Below are positions 47,788-58,032 of a DNA stretch of 64,000 nucleotides, in pieces. How positions within the stretch are numbered: the first letter of the stretch is position 1; every line of letters starts with the position of its first letter. The DNA comes from Thermoplasmatota archaeon (lineage in GTDB: Archaea > Thermoplasmatota > Penumbrarchaeia > Penumbrarchaeales > Penumbrarchaeaceae), in NCBI GenBank assembly GCA_965234725.1, contig CBDDUX010000007.1, positions 1 to 64,000 of the forward strand, in the 5' to 3' direction. The translations under genes and the position numbers were made by a program. The notes under the pieces were generated by a model that searched no databases, was not told the DNA's origin, and saw only the letters and a program-made list of their open reading frames with translations.

Positions 47788-50289
47788 CTATTCTTCCCAA
47801 TCCATTACCTCTTCTCTTGATCTTCCAACAAGAATAAATGTTAAGATGATCAATGCGATAACGATCACGCTCACAATTATTATCATTGGAAGCAAGATCC
47901 CATTACCCTCATCATCATCTCTTTCCTTGTCATCATCATCGGTTATATCATCATCGGGACCGATATCATCATCTGCTGGTTGTGTGTCATCATCATCCAT
48001 CTCATCGTCATCATCCGTTGTATCATCAGGTCCTGTTGAGTTGTCATCCGGTCCTGTTCCGTTATCATCCGGGTCCTCGGTATTATTTTCAATTTTTGTA
48101 ACATTGATCCCAATGGATCGCGTGATCCAGCTTCCAACTTTATCAGTAACATTCAGGGTTATCAAATGTAAGCCATAGGGCAGAAACACTTCGAGGGAAT
48201 CCGAATACCCGAGGTGACCGCTGATATTGGAGGACCAGTTGAAATCCAGTTCATCTCCATATATCAGATCAGGATCCTTGGCGGATCCGTTCAACCAGAA
48301 TGACCTGTTCTCCATCGGATGATCATCCGATACAATAATTGTAAGGTCCCATGGAGGATCATTTACCGGTAGAACCGTGATCATTATGGTCTGGTATACC
48401 ATCTCCTCTCCAAGGTGGGCAGTGAAGTTGACCATCTCGTAACCACTCCAATTCGAGGCAGGAACGATGAGCGCTGTCAGCTGGATCATATCGAATTCGA
48501 TGGAAATATTTCCCTTTCCTGAAAAGGAATACGATGTAACATCATCATCGATATCCACTACCCATTCGGAGAGGTCCAAAAGATGCGTGGAATCCTCATA
48601 CATCTCAATATTTTCAAGGGCTTCCTGGATAAAGGGTGGATCATCCACACCGAAAACAACAATGGTCAGGTTGACCTCATCATATCCACCATTCTCATCC
48701 GAAACATTGAGGAGGACCCAATACGAGCCAACATCCTCGTTTGATGGAATACCCGAAAGGCTCTGTTCAGTTGAGTTGAATGTCAGCCATGAGGAATTCG
48801 TGATACAATTCCAAAGAGCACCTTCCTCATTATCATGGTCTATTTCAAAATGATATTGCAGATCCTCTACTGCATTCGGAAGTGAGCTTGTGAATATTTC
48901 CGGAGGTGTGTTGTTCACGATCAGTGTAACATTCTCTTCGTCGTATCCACCCATCCCGTCGGTCACATTGACATAGATGAAAAATCGTCCGACATCGATA
49001 TTGGATGGAATACCTGAGAATTCCAATGCCGAGAAATTGACCTCCAACCAGGAAGCGTTCGTCTCTACCTTGAAAAAGATCTCATGACCATCCGGATCCG
49101 ATGCATTGAAATCCAACAAGAATTTGGTATCCTCCCTGGCAAACTGATCCCCAACTTCATCCAATTGAGGAGGTTGATTGATCCACTTTCCTAACAACCA
49201 AGGAACATAGGTGACATTCACCGTAACATTATCACCGGTCCCTGCCGGGTTAGAGATCGGATCATATGGTCCTGTGTGGTTTCCCCACCAGTTGTATGTT
49301 GCATTGATATTGGAAGAGGAAGAACTGCAGTTAATCCCCCATACGGAATTGTTGATGAAGGAGTTGTAATGGACCCTAACATTGTTTATTGTCTGATAGG
49401 AACGGATCCCTTCATTGTTATTCTCGAAGATATTGTTATAGATATGATTTTGGTCCGCTCCCGTGGACAAACCAATTCCGACATCATTTTCTCTGAACGT
49501 GTTATTGTGTATGTTGTTGTTCATTGATGTTCCCATCATTACCCCTGATCTTCCCGGATCAGCATTATAGAAAAGGTTGTGTCCAATATCATAATCATAT
49601 GAGTTGAAAAGGCCCAGATGATATGCATTGTCATTGAACTCATTACGAAGAATGGTCACATACCTGGCTCCTAAATAGAGGATACCGGCGGATGTGCTGG
49701 AATTGAAATAATTATCCAGTATGAAATTCCCATCACTTCCAGCATCCGATCTTATGCCATAGTAATTCAGGTCAAAAGAATTGTTGGATATCTCAATATC
49801 CGGACCTCCTGCGAGGTATATACCGATGTTATTGTCATAGAAAAGATTGCCAAAGATCCTTACCTTTGATGAATATATCCCAATACCCGCGAACTCATGG
49901 TGAGGAGAACCCTCTCTAAATTGAAATCCAGTGACATTGATCCCAATGGAATTGATTCGGAAAAGGTGCTGATGGTCAAGGGTACCATCTCCATCAAGAA
50001 TGGTCCTACCCGTTCCGTTGCCGATAAGAGTGATCGAATTATCGATCCAGACTGCTTCTTTGTAAACTCCATCATAAACCCTTATGGTATCACCATCAGA
50101 TGATGCGTCCACCGCATCCTGGATGGTATTGTGATCACCGGTCCCATCCTTCGCCACCGTGATCACACTACTTCTGGAAGATGATGATGTTTCGATGGAA
50201 TTGGATCCATCCAATGCAATCGCAGAGAAAGACCCCACCGAGATATTCAATCCAATGATCAGGAAGATAACGATCGCTATATCTCTCAT
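47788..50289 (-). CDS. Surface protein: beta-helix + cadherin/Ig-like repeats + acidic linker + TM
   Basis: TIQDAVD..DGD.I.V..G.Y.E, NN..GI repeats, NWWG, N.PP/ED repeats, D-rich linker. Confidence 0.88.
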   Translation of the reverse strand: MRDIAIVIFLIIGLNISVGSFSAIALDGSNSIETSSSSRSSVITVAKDGTGDHNTIQDAVDASSDGDTIRVYDGVYKEAVWIDNSITLIGNGTGRTILDGDGTLDHQHLFRINSIGINVTGFQFREGSPHHEFAGIGIYSSKVRIFGNLFYDNNIGIYLAGGPDIEISNNSFDLNYYGIRSDAGSDGNFILDNYFNSSTSAGILYLGARYVTILRNEFNDNAYHLGLFNSYDYDIGHNLFYNADPGRSGVMMGTSMNNNIHNNTFRENDVGIGLSTGADQNHIYNNIFENNNEGIRSYQTINNVRVHYNSFINNSVWGINCSSSSSNINATYNWWGNHTGPYDPISNPAGTGDNVTVNVTYVPWLLGKWINQPPQLDEVGDQFAREDTKFLLDFNASDPDGHEIFFKVETNASWLEVNFSALEFSGIPSNIDVGRFFIYVNVTDGMGGYDEENVTLIVNNTPPEIFTSSLPNAVEDLQYHFEIDHDNEEGALWNCITNSSWLTFNSTEQSLSGIPSNEDVGSYWVLLNVSDENGGYDEVNLTIVVFGVDDPPFIQEALENIEMYEDSTHLLDLSEWVVDIDDDVTSYSFSGKGNISIEFDMIQLTALIVPASNWSGYEMVNFTAHLGEEMVYQTIMITVLPVNDPPWDLTIIVSDDHPMENRSFWLNGSAKDPDLIYGDELDFNWSSNISGHLGYSDSLEVFLPYGLHLITLNVTDKVGSWITRSIGINVTKIENNTEDPDDNGTGPDDNSTGPDDTTDDDDEMDDDDTQPADDDIGPDDDITDDDDKERDDDEGNGILLPMIIIVSVIVIALIILTFILVGRSREEVMDWEE

Positions 50290-50444
50290 ATTCTACCTCC
50301 AATACTGACTCTCATCCGAAAAAGGTCCTTTCGTGATAAATAAAAAGATTGGTATAACCGGCTTTTAAAATATCATATATGTCAGATCTCCGATATTATT
50401 AGTTCATTGTAGAATATGATCGTACTCATCAAGGTGGGATCCTT

Positions 50445-51215
50445 TCAAACATCCATCTCGTAATAGACCTGAAGAAAGACGGTCTCCATGAAGGTCATCA
50501 TGAACAGAGAGATGACTATCGAAAGTAATGGCACCATGCTGAGTGCCAGAATGAAGATGAGCACAAGAGATCCCAGAGCCAGACAGAAGGTAAAGTTCCT
50601 GAAAACGAACATGTAGGACCTCCGTATACATTCCCAGCTAGAGGCTCCTTCCTTGTATCTGATTATGAATATCAGGTATTGTGTCGGGAGCATTACAATT
50701 GAAATGATCATCAATGACAGATAAAGAACTGCCACTCCGAAGAACATGACAACTGGTGCCACCATCATTACAAGTAGAATCAATCCCCCGATCGTTCCCA
50801 ACACTACTGCATATATCATGAATGAGATAAGCATGTTCAGGAGGACAAGTCCGATATAGCTCCGGAACACGGACCTTCCATATTTGAAGACATCCCCAAA
50901 GGATATCTTTTCGCCCCTGAACTGCTTTTCTACCGCATTTATTACACCTGGATTCAGGAAAGCCGAAAGTAACGTTCCTAAAATGATAAGCACGACATAC
51001 ATTATCCCTATTAGAACGATCAGAATGATTATCCCGAAAGAATCAATGAAGAGAGTGGAAAACATCACTATGAAAAAGATGACTATGGCAAATGGTATGA
51101 TTATTATCTGCGCCACCATCGATATCAGGAATGTCTCAAGAGAGATGATCAGGAATGGGTTGAAATCCGCCTTCCATCTGTCAAATGCAGCCAGTAGCGC
51201 ATCGACCGACCTCAT
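50445..51215 (-). CDS. Hypothetical multi-TM membrane protein
   Basis: About 6 hydrophobic helices. Confidence 0.7.
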   Translation of the reverse strand: MRSVDALLAAFDRWKADFNPFLIISLETFLISMVAQIIIIPFAIVIFFIVMFSTLFIDSFGIIILIVLIGIMYVVLIILGTLLSAFLNPGVINAVEKQFRGEKISFGDVFKYGRSVFRSYIGLVLLNMLISFMIYAVVLGTIGGLILLVMMVAPVVMFFGVAVLYLSLMIISIVMLPTQYLIFIIRYKEGASSWECIRRSYMFVFRNFTFCLALGSLVLIFILALSMVPLLSIVISLFMMTFMETVFLQVYYEMDV

Positions 51216-51321
51216 CTTGCAACACCTCGACCATGATCTCTGTCTGAACAAAGGATAAGGGAATTGAATTCTCCTTTCTACCTTAGGAGAATAACCCTAT
51301 CATAAGATAAAAAGATACCAT

Positions 51322-52116
51322 TCATTTCCTAGGCGTATAATGCCTGGCAAGCCAACAGCATAACCCGTCAAGTCCCGGAAATAGGACCCTTTCGTTGATG
51401 TTGGCCTGATCCAGTTTATCTCGAACCTCCCATTTGATCTCCTTGGGAACAATGACCTTCCTCCAGATATCCGGATATTTGGAAAGGATATCCTCCATCC
51501 TCCTGGTGGAGGATGATGTCACGGAATGCATGGAATACTGATTGATCAATCTGTAATCCATGGATGGGGGATCGAAGAACAGGACGAAATCTTCCTTAGA
51601 TATGTTATCGAATTCCTGAAGCGATGTGGCAACGTTTGCAAGCATCTCAACAGTGAATCCATTGGCACCTTCGTGATCGAGCTCTTTCTTGAAAACTTCC
51701 GGTATCCTCTCATGCATCTTCACATAATCAACCATCCAGATGGCACCATCGACATCATACAGTTCGATATCGCAGGTTGCGAAGTGCATGGCCACAAAGG
51801 GTGAAAACGTCCAGTCCAGAAGTCTTGTCGGAAGTCCGTGATGCTGGGCGATCACGAGCCAGTTCCATGTGGAGAAACCATCGCTCCTTTCCACCCTGGC
51901 ATATTTCTTGAAGTTCCTCATCAAATGGAACTCCAGGTCCTTGTATTGGCCCCCCAGCCTCATCAGTGAGGTCTCAAGGGTATTATCGGAAGATGAGGCT
52001 CCTCTGAATGCGAAACTTGACCTGAACCTGCTTAGATGATCGTCCCAGGAATCGACATAGAGCTCCTCAATGAGTTCGGTCCATGATCCGACTTCGATAC
52101 TGTTATCATCTTTCAA
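51322..52116 (-). CDS. FRG-domain protein
   Basis: FRG, AQHHGLPTRLLDWT.SP.VA.HFA, LFPGLDG. Confidence 0.93.
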   Translation of the reverse strand: MKDDNSIEVGSWTELIEELYVDSWDDHLSRFRSSFAFRGASSSDNTLETSLMRLGGQYKDLEFHLMRNFKKYARVERSDGFSTWNWLVIAQHHGLPTRLLDWTFSPFVAMHFATCDIELYDVDGAIWMVDYVKMHERIPEVFKKELDHEGANGFTVEMLANVATSLQEFDNISKEDFVLFFDPPSMDYRLINQYSMHSVTSSSTRRMEDILSKYPDIWRKVIVPKEIKWEVRDKLDQANINERVLFPGLDGLCCWLARHYTPRK

Positions 52117-52172
52117 AGAGCTTCCTCGATCATGAATATGACATATCCCGAATAAAACCTTTCACATCACAC

Positions 52173-54152
52173 TCAACCATCGAAATGTGACAATACCCGG
52201 GAATATATCTCCTTCTCATTACCCTTTGACCTGGCCTGAAGCTTCCGAAGAATGAGTTCCGGTGTTGACCTGGCATGTTTTCCTATTATGGGACTTCTAT
52301 CAACTATCAGTTCATGCCCCTCGTCAAGACCTCTGGCCTCTATCCCATCGACACGGCAGTCCACGAACCTCATTATCTCTGCTGCCATATGGGTAACAAC
52401 GACGGAATAGGCGTCCCTCAGCCTCAGTTCATCAACGAAGACCCCTATCACTCTAGAGGCAGCCTCTAGTTCGGTCATGGCTTCCAGCTCATCTGCCAAT
52501 ACCATCGAACCCTTGTCAACTTCCAGTACAAGTGGTAGGAGCTCTTTTAAAAAACCTTCAAGACCTCCTGCGTCAAGCCTCCTTTTAGGCCTGTAATAGA
52601 AGAGGTCTCTGATATCCGGAATAAAGGACCTTTCGGCGGGAACAGGGAGGCCCATCCTTGCCATGATCAGAACCTGGGCCATCGTCTCGAGGAGGGTCGT
52701 CTTTCCTCCGGAGTTCGCTCCTGTTAACAAAGCTGTCCTTGATCCTGATCTTTCCCTGAAAGGGAACATGGACCCGGCAAATCCAGGGACCTCGCCCAAA
52801 TGGTAATCCACCAGCTGTCTGTCATCTCTCGCCCTAATCAAAAGATGACATGCCTTGTGGATGCCAAACCATCCGTCAACGACCTTGAATGTATTGAGAT
52901 CATTGTCCTCAACGAAACATCCAAGACCGAATTTGAAATCAAGGTCAAGTGCCCAGGAGATCTCTTCTTCGATATCCTTCCGGAGGGATGCAAGTTTCTC
53001 TGCGATGTCTTGTTTCCTCTCATACCTTTCAGTTTTGACCCCTCCCTCGATCTCCGATATCATCCTTTCAAGGGTCTCTTCATCGGTTCTCAAAGGATAA
53101 CCCATCACAAACAGGTCCTTTCTCTTTCCAATCTTCTCATAGACTAGTTCCGCAGCCTTTTTGGAATGTGATCTGTAGATCTCCCTGAGAGCCGGAGGTT
53201 CCTCTGATGAAAGGATGGACAATGTGTCAGTTCCGGAAAGTGTCAATCCCTCTATGCTTTCCTTCAAAGAACCTTCCACTTCGGTCCTTATACCATCCAC
53301 AACCTCCCTGATCCTATCAGGACCCGGAGCATCTATCGTAAGACCTCTGAACTCTTCCAGAAGGGTAAGGGCTTTCGAAGCTGAACCTTTCTTTCCGAAC
53401 ATCTGCTCCAATCTGGAAAGGGATATCAGCTGTTGCTCCCTTCCACCGAATACTTCAAGTATGGTCTCCGGAACGATCCTTTCAGGCGCGGACTTGTAAT
53501 GGACTGCTCCGACCAGTGGTAAATGTGTCTCATCCAGCTCCCTCCCTGAATAGACCAGTACCATATCTCCTTCAATCCCTGGTTCCAATTCCTCAGGTGA
53601 GACAACCATACATCTACGATCCAATCTGAGTTCGGATATCCTGGCATAAGCTGTCTCGTCCTCCACAAGCAGGATATAGTTCAGTTTGCTGCCTGTTCTT
53701 ATACCTTTTAAAGATCTCCCGATGTTCCGAAGGTGATCGGTCACTTCAGCTCTATCCTTCCCGCTGACGAGGACCTTGAACTTGAAGACCTCTTCCGCTT
53801 CCTGCTCTCTTTTCTTAATATCACCACAAGGGATCAGAAGCGACACCTTATTCCTCCCGGAGGAGGTGTTCATGTAGTCCCTCAGTTCTTCAATGATCGA
53901 TTGATATACCGACCATGAACCCTCGGTCCTCAGCAAGTTGGATGGGTCCTCGCCCCTGAAGGCAAGGATAAGGTCCACTGCTGTCCTTTCAGAAATACGG
54001 TCAAAAGACGATAAAGCGGCCACATCTCCCTTGGAGAGAAGTTCCTCGAGCTTGCCTCTGCCCCCCACAGAGTCTGTTAGAAGCTTTACCCTTCCCTCAC
54101 CGAAACCCTTGACTTGTAGCAGCCTATCGATCCCACCCGTTACCGGGTCCAC
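52173..54152 (-). CDS. Archaeal MutS2/MutS5-like ATPase with N-terminal helix-hairpin-helix
   Basis: VKGFGE HhH, TGANSGGKTTLLE, LADELEAMTE, VVTH, STPELI; no Smr domain. Confidence 0.88.
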   Translation of the reverse strand: MDPVTGGIDRLLQVKGFGEGRVKLLTDSVGGRGKLEELLSKGDVAALSSFDRISERTAVDLILAFRGEDPSNLLRTEGSWSVYQSIIEELRDYMNTSSGRNKVSLLIPCGDIKKREQEAEEVFKFKVLVSGKDRAEVTDHLRNIGRSLKGIRTGSKLNYILLVEDETAYARISELRLDRRCMVVSPEELEPGIEGDMVLVYSGRELDETHLPLVGAVHYKSAPERIVPETILEVFGGREQQLISLSRLEQMFGKKGSASKALTLLEEFRGLTIDAPGPDRIREVVDGIRTEVEGSLKESIEGLTLSGTDTLSILSSEEPPALREIYRSHSKKAAELVYEKIGKRKDLFVMGYPLRTDEETLERMISEIEGGVKTERYERKQDIAEKLASLRKDIEEEISWALDLDFKFGLGCFVEDNDLNTFKVVDGWFGIHKACHLLIRARDDRQLVDYHLGEVPGFAGSMFPFRERSGSRTALLTGANSGGKTTLLETMAQVLIMARMGLPVPAERSFIPDIRDLFYYRPKRRLDAGGLEGFLKELLPLVLEVDKGSMVLADELEAMTELEAASRVIGVFVDELRLRDAYSVVVTHMAAEIMRFVDCRVDGIEARGLDEGHELIVDRSPIIGKHARSTPELILRKLQARSKGNEKEIYSRVLSHFDG

Positions 54153-54748
54153 TCCCCCACCTCCGATTCCATCACCCTTTTACCCTCGTTCCGGGGCCAT
54201 TTAAGAAGGGTAACGGACCTCCTCCCGTCCTCATTCCTCTCGATCTCCATCAAACCATCGGATGTGTAATCCGCGATGTCCGGAAATCTTGTCCCACCCA
54301 GGACCATGGTGGCCATGCCCATATACCTGGCTTTGGAAAGGATATCCTCGAGTCCCTTGAACCATTTGTCGGCACCTCTCATTCCCAGGACCTCGGGTCT
54401 GTCGAGTACCATCCTTCCGACAGCTCCTTCCTCGATCGTTCCCAGGATCATATCAAGGGATCCAAGTTCGGTAGTGTTGAGGAATAGAGGTTCGTCGGTT
54501 ATGAAAAGGGATCTGTAGTTCTCCCTGTCCTTGAGCCTGATCAGATGATTTGTCAATGGAACTGATGTGAAAGACACATACAATCCTGGTTGTCCCAGTT
54601 CAAAACCCCGGGAAATGAACCTCAGAGTTAGATCTGTTTTATCAGAGATCGGGGCCCCCATAATGGCCAGGACCATACCGGAAGGTATACCTCCACCTAA
54701 AAGACCGTCTATAGGACGGATACCCAGATCGAAAACCTCTTCGACCAT
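54140..54748 (-). CDS. RAD55/KaiC-like RecA-fold protein with degenerate Walker A
   Basis: GI..IDGLLGGGIP.G, GAPISDKT, LYVSF, RMVLD, LLKW; overlaps the MutS start. Confidence 0.78.
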   Translation of the reverse strand: MVEEVFDLGIRPIDGLLGGGIPSGMVLAIMGAPISDKTDLTLRFISRGFELGQPGLYVSFTSVPLTNHLIRLKDRENYRSLFITDEPLFLNTTELGSLDMILGTIEEGAVGRMVLDRPEVLGMRGADKWFKGLEDILSKARYMGMATMVLGGTRFPDIADYTSDGLMEIERNEDGRRSVTLLKWPRNEGKRVMESEVGEWTR

Positions 54749-54867
54749 TTGCCTTCCCCTGTATATCCAAGGGGTCGAAGTGTTTCCACCTAGAAAAAGG
54801 TTTACCGAAGGGTAAGTGAAATAATCAACAATATGCAATATCAAACATTAATTATCATCAAAGGACC

Positions 54868-55146
54868 TCATCCTGAAAGACCCTCTTCCTTCAACCTCTC
54901 AAGGATCCTCCGCTCCCTCTCCACTGCCTCCTTTGCATCCCTTTCGAGATTGCCCTCCATCATATCCTTGATCCTCTGCTGTTTCTGGAGCCATTGCTCC
55001 ATGGAGGAACGGATGACTTCCGAAGGATTGTAATGATTCTCTTTACAGAATTGGAAGAAATCCGTTGCAACGTCTTCGAAATTCTGTGTGACCGCGATAT
55101 GTATCTGGTCTCCGGACTTGTATATCTTTGTGGCTCTGCGTCCCAA
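54868..55146 (-). CDS. Small ribbon-helix-helix-like protein
   Basis: Beta-strand then FC..N..NPSEVIR..M..WL; charged tail; GGAGG RBS. Confidence 0.65.
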   Translation of the reverse strand: MGRRATKIYKSGDQIHIAVTQNFEDVATDFFQFCKENHYNPSEVIRSSMEQWLQKQQRIKDMMEGNLERDAKEAVERERRILERLKEEGLSG

Positions 55147-55311
55147 GGGATGCCTCCATGCCCTTTCCGGGTCTGATTTTCTATTCTATGGATGTCTATA
55201 TATGGATTTTGTTCCAAGTTGTTTTCCATGATAATTGAAAATTATCGATTTTGCAGATATTTTTCGGAAACGGATAATAATAATATCAGATGAAACATAC
55301 ATCTGGAACGT

Positions 55312-56778
55312 ATGGAAAACGAGGCAAAGGAGAAGGTAAAAAGAAAGAGGGTAATGAAGAAAGAACAGAGCCCTCACTCCTGGAAGAGGAGGTTCGTTTT
55401 CGAAGTTGGAGCTCCGAGAGAAATCGTGGATCGGATATCTAGTGATTACATTGACCATCTCAGCACTGTTTTCACAGAGAGAGAAGCGGTCAGCTATTGG
55501 AGGAAGGAACTATCACTAAAAGGGTTCAAGGACCTGTCGCGGTCCCGGAAGCTAAAACCAGGTGAAGGTTTCTTCCTCGTCAATAGGGACAAGGGAATCG
55601 TTGCTGGGATCGCAGGGAGAAAAGGACTGACCGAGGGAGCCAATATCATTGTTTCACATCTAGACTCTCCACGACTGGACCTGAAACCGAGGCCTCTTTC
55701 CGGTGACGGTGATACAGGTCTCGGATTCCTCAGGACCCACTATTACGGAGGCATAAAGAAGTACCAGTGGGTGAACATACCTCTGGCCTTGAAAGGGAGG
55801 ATCGTCAGGCAGGATGGAACATTCGTGGATCTGGATATCGGAACCTTACGAAATGACCCGGTCTTGATCGTTCCCGATCTTGAACCACATCTTTCAAAAA
55901 AGGCCCAAAGCTTCAGAAAGCTCGCCAATGGCATATCAGGAGAGGAACTGATAGCTCTTGCTGCATCCTCCTCCAGAAACGAGGAGGATGAGGAACCACA
56001 CCCCGCTGTCAATAAGATGCTGGACCATATTATGAGGGAATACAATGTCACCGAAGAGGACCTGGTGTCAAGCGATCTCTGCCTGGTACCGGCATGGGGA
56101 CCTAGAGATCTGGGACTTGATAGGGGTCTAATTGCATCATATGGCCACGACAACCGGGTCTCATCATTCACTTCTAACACATCCCTGATAGAGATCAAGA
56201 CCTCGAAGAAGATCCCAGAAAGATGGTGCATATCCTACAGTTTCGACAAGGAAGAGATCGGTTCGGATGGACCAACAGGAGCAAAGTCCGCCTTTGTTGA
56301 ACTTTCCCTCTACCGAATGCTAGAGCTGGCAGGATTTAAGGGAAATGGAAGAGAACTAAGATCGACGATGTCGGGGTCGTTTGTGCTCTCCGCCGATGTC
56401 AAATCAGGGGTCAACCCCACGTATCGTTCCGTCCAGGACCACCACAACTCGGCCAGGTTGGGAGCAGGGCTCACCATCACTAAATATACCGGAAAAGGAG
56501 GCAAGGGCGGTGCCAATGATGCTTCGGCGGAAATGGTATCGGCGATCAAGAGATTGTTCAATAAGAATGATATCATCTGGCAGATGCAGGAATCCGGCAG
56601 GGTTGACGAGGGTGGCGGTGGTACAGTTGCCAAGTTCATGGCAGAGAGGAACATGGATGTCCTTGATATCGGAATACCCCTTCTATCAATGCATTCCCCG
56701 CTCGAGGTTTGCTCTAAGGCCGATATCTACATGGCGGTCAAAGGATTCACTGCGTTTTACAAAGACCACCCGATCTAA
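55312..56778 (+). CDS. M18 family (aspartyl) aminopeptidase
   Basis: HLDSPRLD, HYYGGIKKYQW, DNR, EEIGS, SADV, GGGGT, LSMHS; start uncertain. Confidence 0.94.
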   Translation: MENEAKEKVKRKRVMKKEQSPHSWKRRFVFEVGAPREIVDRISSDYIDHLSTVFTEREAVSYWRKELSLKGFKDLSRSRKLKPGEGFFLVNRDKGIVAGIAGRKGLTEGANIIVSHLDSPRLDLKPRPLSGDGDTGLGFLRTHYYGGIKKYQWVNIPLALKGRIVRQDGTFVDLDIGTLRNDPVLIVPDLEPHLSKKAQSFRKLANGISGEELIALAASSSRNEEDEEPHPAVNKMLDHIMREYNVTEEDLVSSDLCLVPAWGPRDLGLDRGLIASYGHDNRVSSFTSNTSLIEIKTSKKIPERWCISYSFDKEEIGSDGPTGAKSAFVELSLYRMLELAGFKGNGRELRSTMSGSFVLSADVKSGVNPTYRSVQDHHNSARLGAGLTITKYTGKGGKGGANDASAEMVSAIKRLFNKNDIIWQMQESGRVDEGGGGTVAKFMAERNMDVLDIGIPLLSMHSPLEVCSKADIYMAVKGFTAFYKDHPI

Positions 56779-56783
56779 TGGTC

Positions 56784-57959
56784 CTATTTCACCTTGTGGA
56801 CCTTCTTAGCGATTATCGGTTTGGGTGTTGATGCTGTCCCATCAGTTTCCTCTGGATCTTGGACCTCATCCTCGTTGAGATCGGACAGAGTATCACTCAA
56901 CATACTCAAAAGGTCATTATCACCATCGATAGCTTCCTCTGAGGGGTCTACAGGTGATGCTGGTTCCGGAACCGAGTTCTCTTCAATGATCTCTCCAGAC
57001 CCCGGATCGTCCTCAACGGGAAGTGCAGGAGAGGGAGGTGTTATGGGTTCCTCCTCACCCCTGGAATATGATCTCTGTTGGGGCATGTCGATCCCGGTAT
57101 CCGATGTTTGATATTGCACCATGAGCTTCTTGTATATCTCTTCCTTGATCAGACCTTTTCGATAGAGGTTCTCGAAATATTCCTTGGACTTTGCACCTAC
57201 CTCACGGTTGATAGGGGATCTATAATATGTTTGAGGAGGAGGATTGTTTTGAAAAACCGGTTTCTTTATTGGGCTCTGAGGAAGGACAGTTGGCTGTGAG
57301 GGTTCCACAGGAGATGGGTCTGACTTTTTGAGAGGTTCCTGACCCTTCTTAACGGAATTATAGAGCTTTTTCTCGCCCTCCATATACATCCAATCGGTCT
57401 TACGGAAGAAATCCTTCAGATTGTTGACCAATTGATCAAGGTTATCCACCCTCTTGTTCATCAACCTCATGAGAAGGTCGGAATCCGATGTGAGAACGGT
57501 GGAAAGATGATATTGGTTACCTGAAGAAAGTATGAAGACATTGACCATTACTCCTACCGAGACGGCTCCTTCCTTCTTCTCGGAACCCATGATCTCTATA
57601 TTGGGGATCTCAAAATACTCCCTGATAGCTGCACCTGGTGACATGTCACCCAATTCGAAACTTGATTCCATGGGAGCGCCCATCGCCCGGGCTTCATCGT
57701 TGTTCCCGATTGCGAACATTCTCTCAGGGATATTGATGAATATCAACCTCTCGTTGGTGAGATATAGATTTCCTTTCGAGGGTTCCAGAAGATAATCCCC
57801 GCCGTAGTATCTCCAGGTCGATTTGAACGAAGGGACCACATTCTCCTCGGTGACCAATGTCTTCTCCCCGGGATGCAGTATTAATTCTCCCTTCTCGTCA
57901 TATATCTCCCGGAATCCATCCTTATCGCCGTACCGCATGGAGTTCAATATCCCCTTCAC
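56784..57959 (-). CDS. Hypothetical protein: PH/GRAM-like N-terminus, SHOCT-like helix, Pro/acidic tail
   Basis: GNLYLTNERLIF; LYRKGLIKEEIY; low-complexity C-terminus. Confidence 0.7.
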   Translation of the reverse strand: MKGILNSMRYGDKDGFREIYDEKGELILHPGEKTLVTEENVVPSFKSTWRYYGGDYLLEPSKGNLYLTNERLIFINIPERMFAIGNNDEARAMGAPMESSFELGDMSPGAAIREYFEIPNIEIMGSEKKEGAVSVGVMVNVFILSSGNQYHLSTVLTSDSDLLMRLMNKRVDNLDQLVNNLKDFFRKTDWMYMEGEKKLYNSVKKGQEPLKKSDPSPVEPSQPTVLPQSPIKKPVFQNNPPPQTYYRSPINREVGAKSKEYFENLYRKGLIKEEIYKKLMVQYQTSDTGIDMPQQRSYSRGEEEPITPPSPALPVEDDPGSGEIIEENSVPEPASPVDPSEEAIDGDNDLLSMLSDTLSDLNEDEVQDPEETDGTASTPKPIIAKKVHKVK

Positions 57960-58032
57960 AATGCTAGAGTATCTGTCAAATCCCAGGTTGATTATTTAAT
58001 ATTTTGTATGAAAGGTTCAATCTGAAAAAACA

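Noticed and set aside
47900-48085. TCA/TCATCC-rich repeats
   Set aside because: Reverse complement of the Asp-rich linker of the surface protein; not CRISPR or a satellite.
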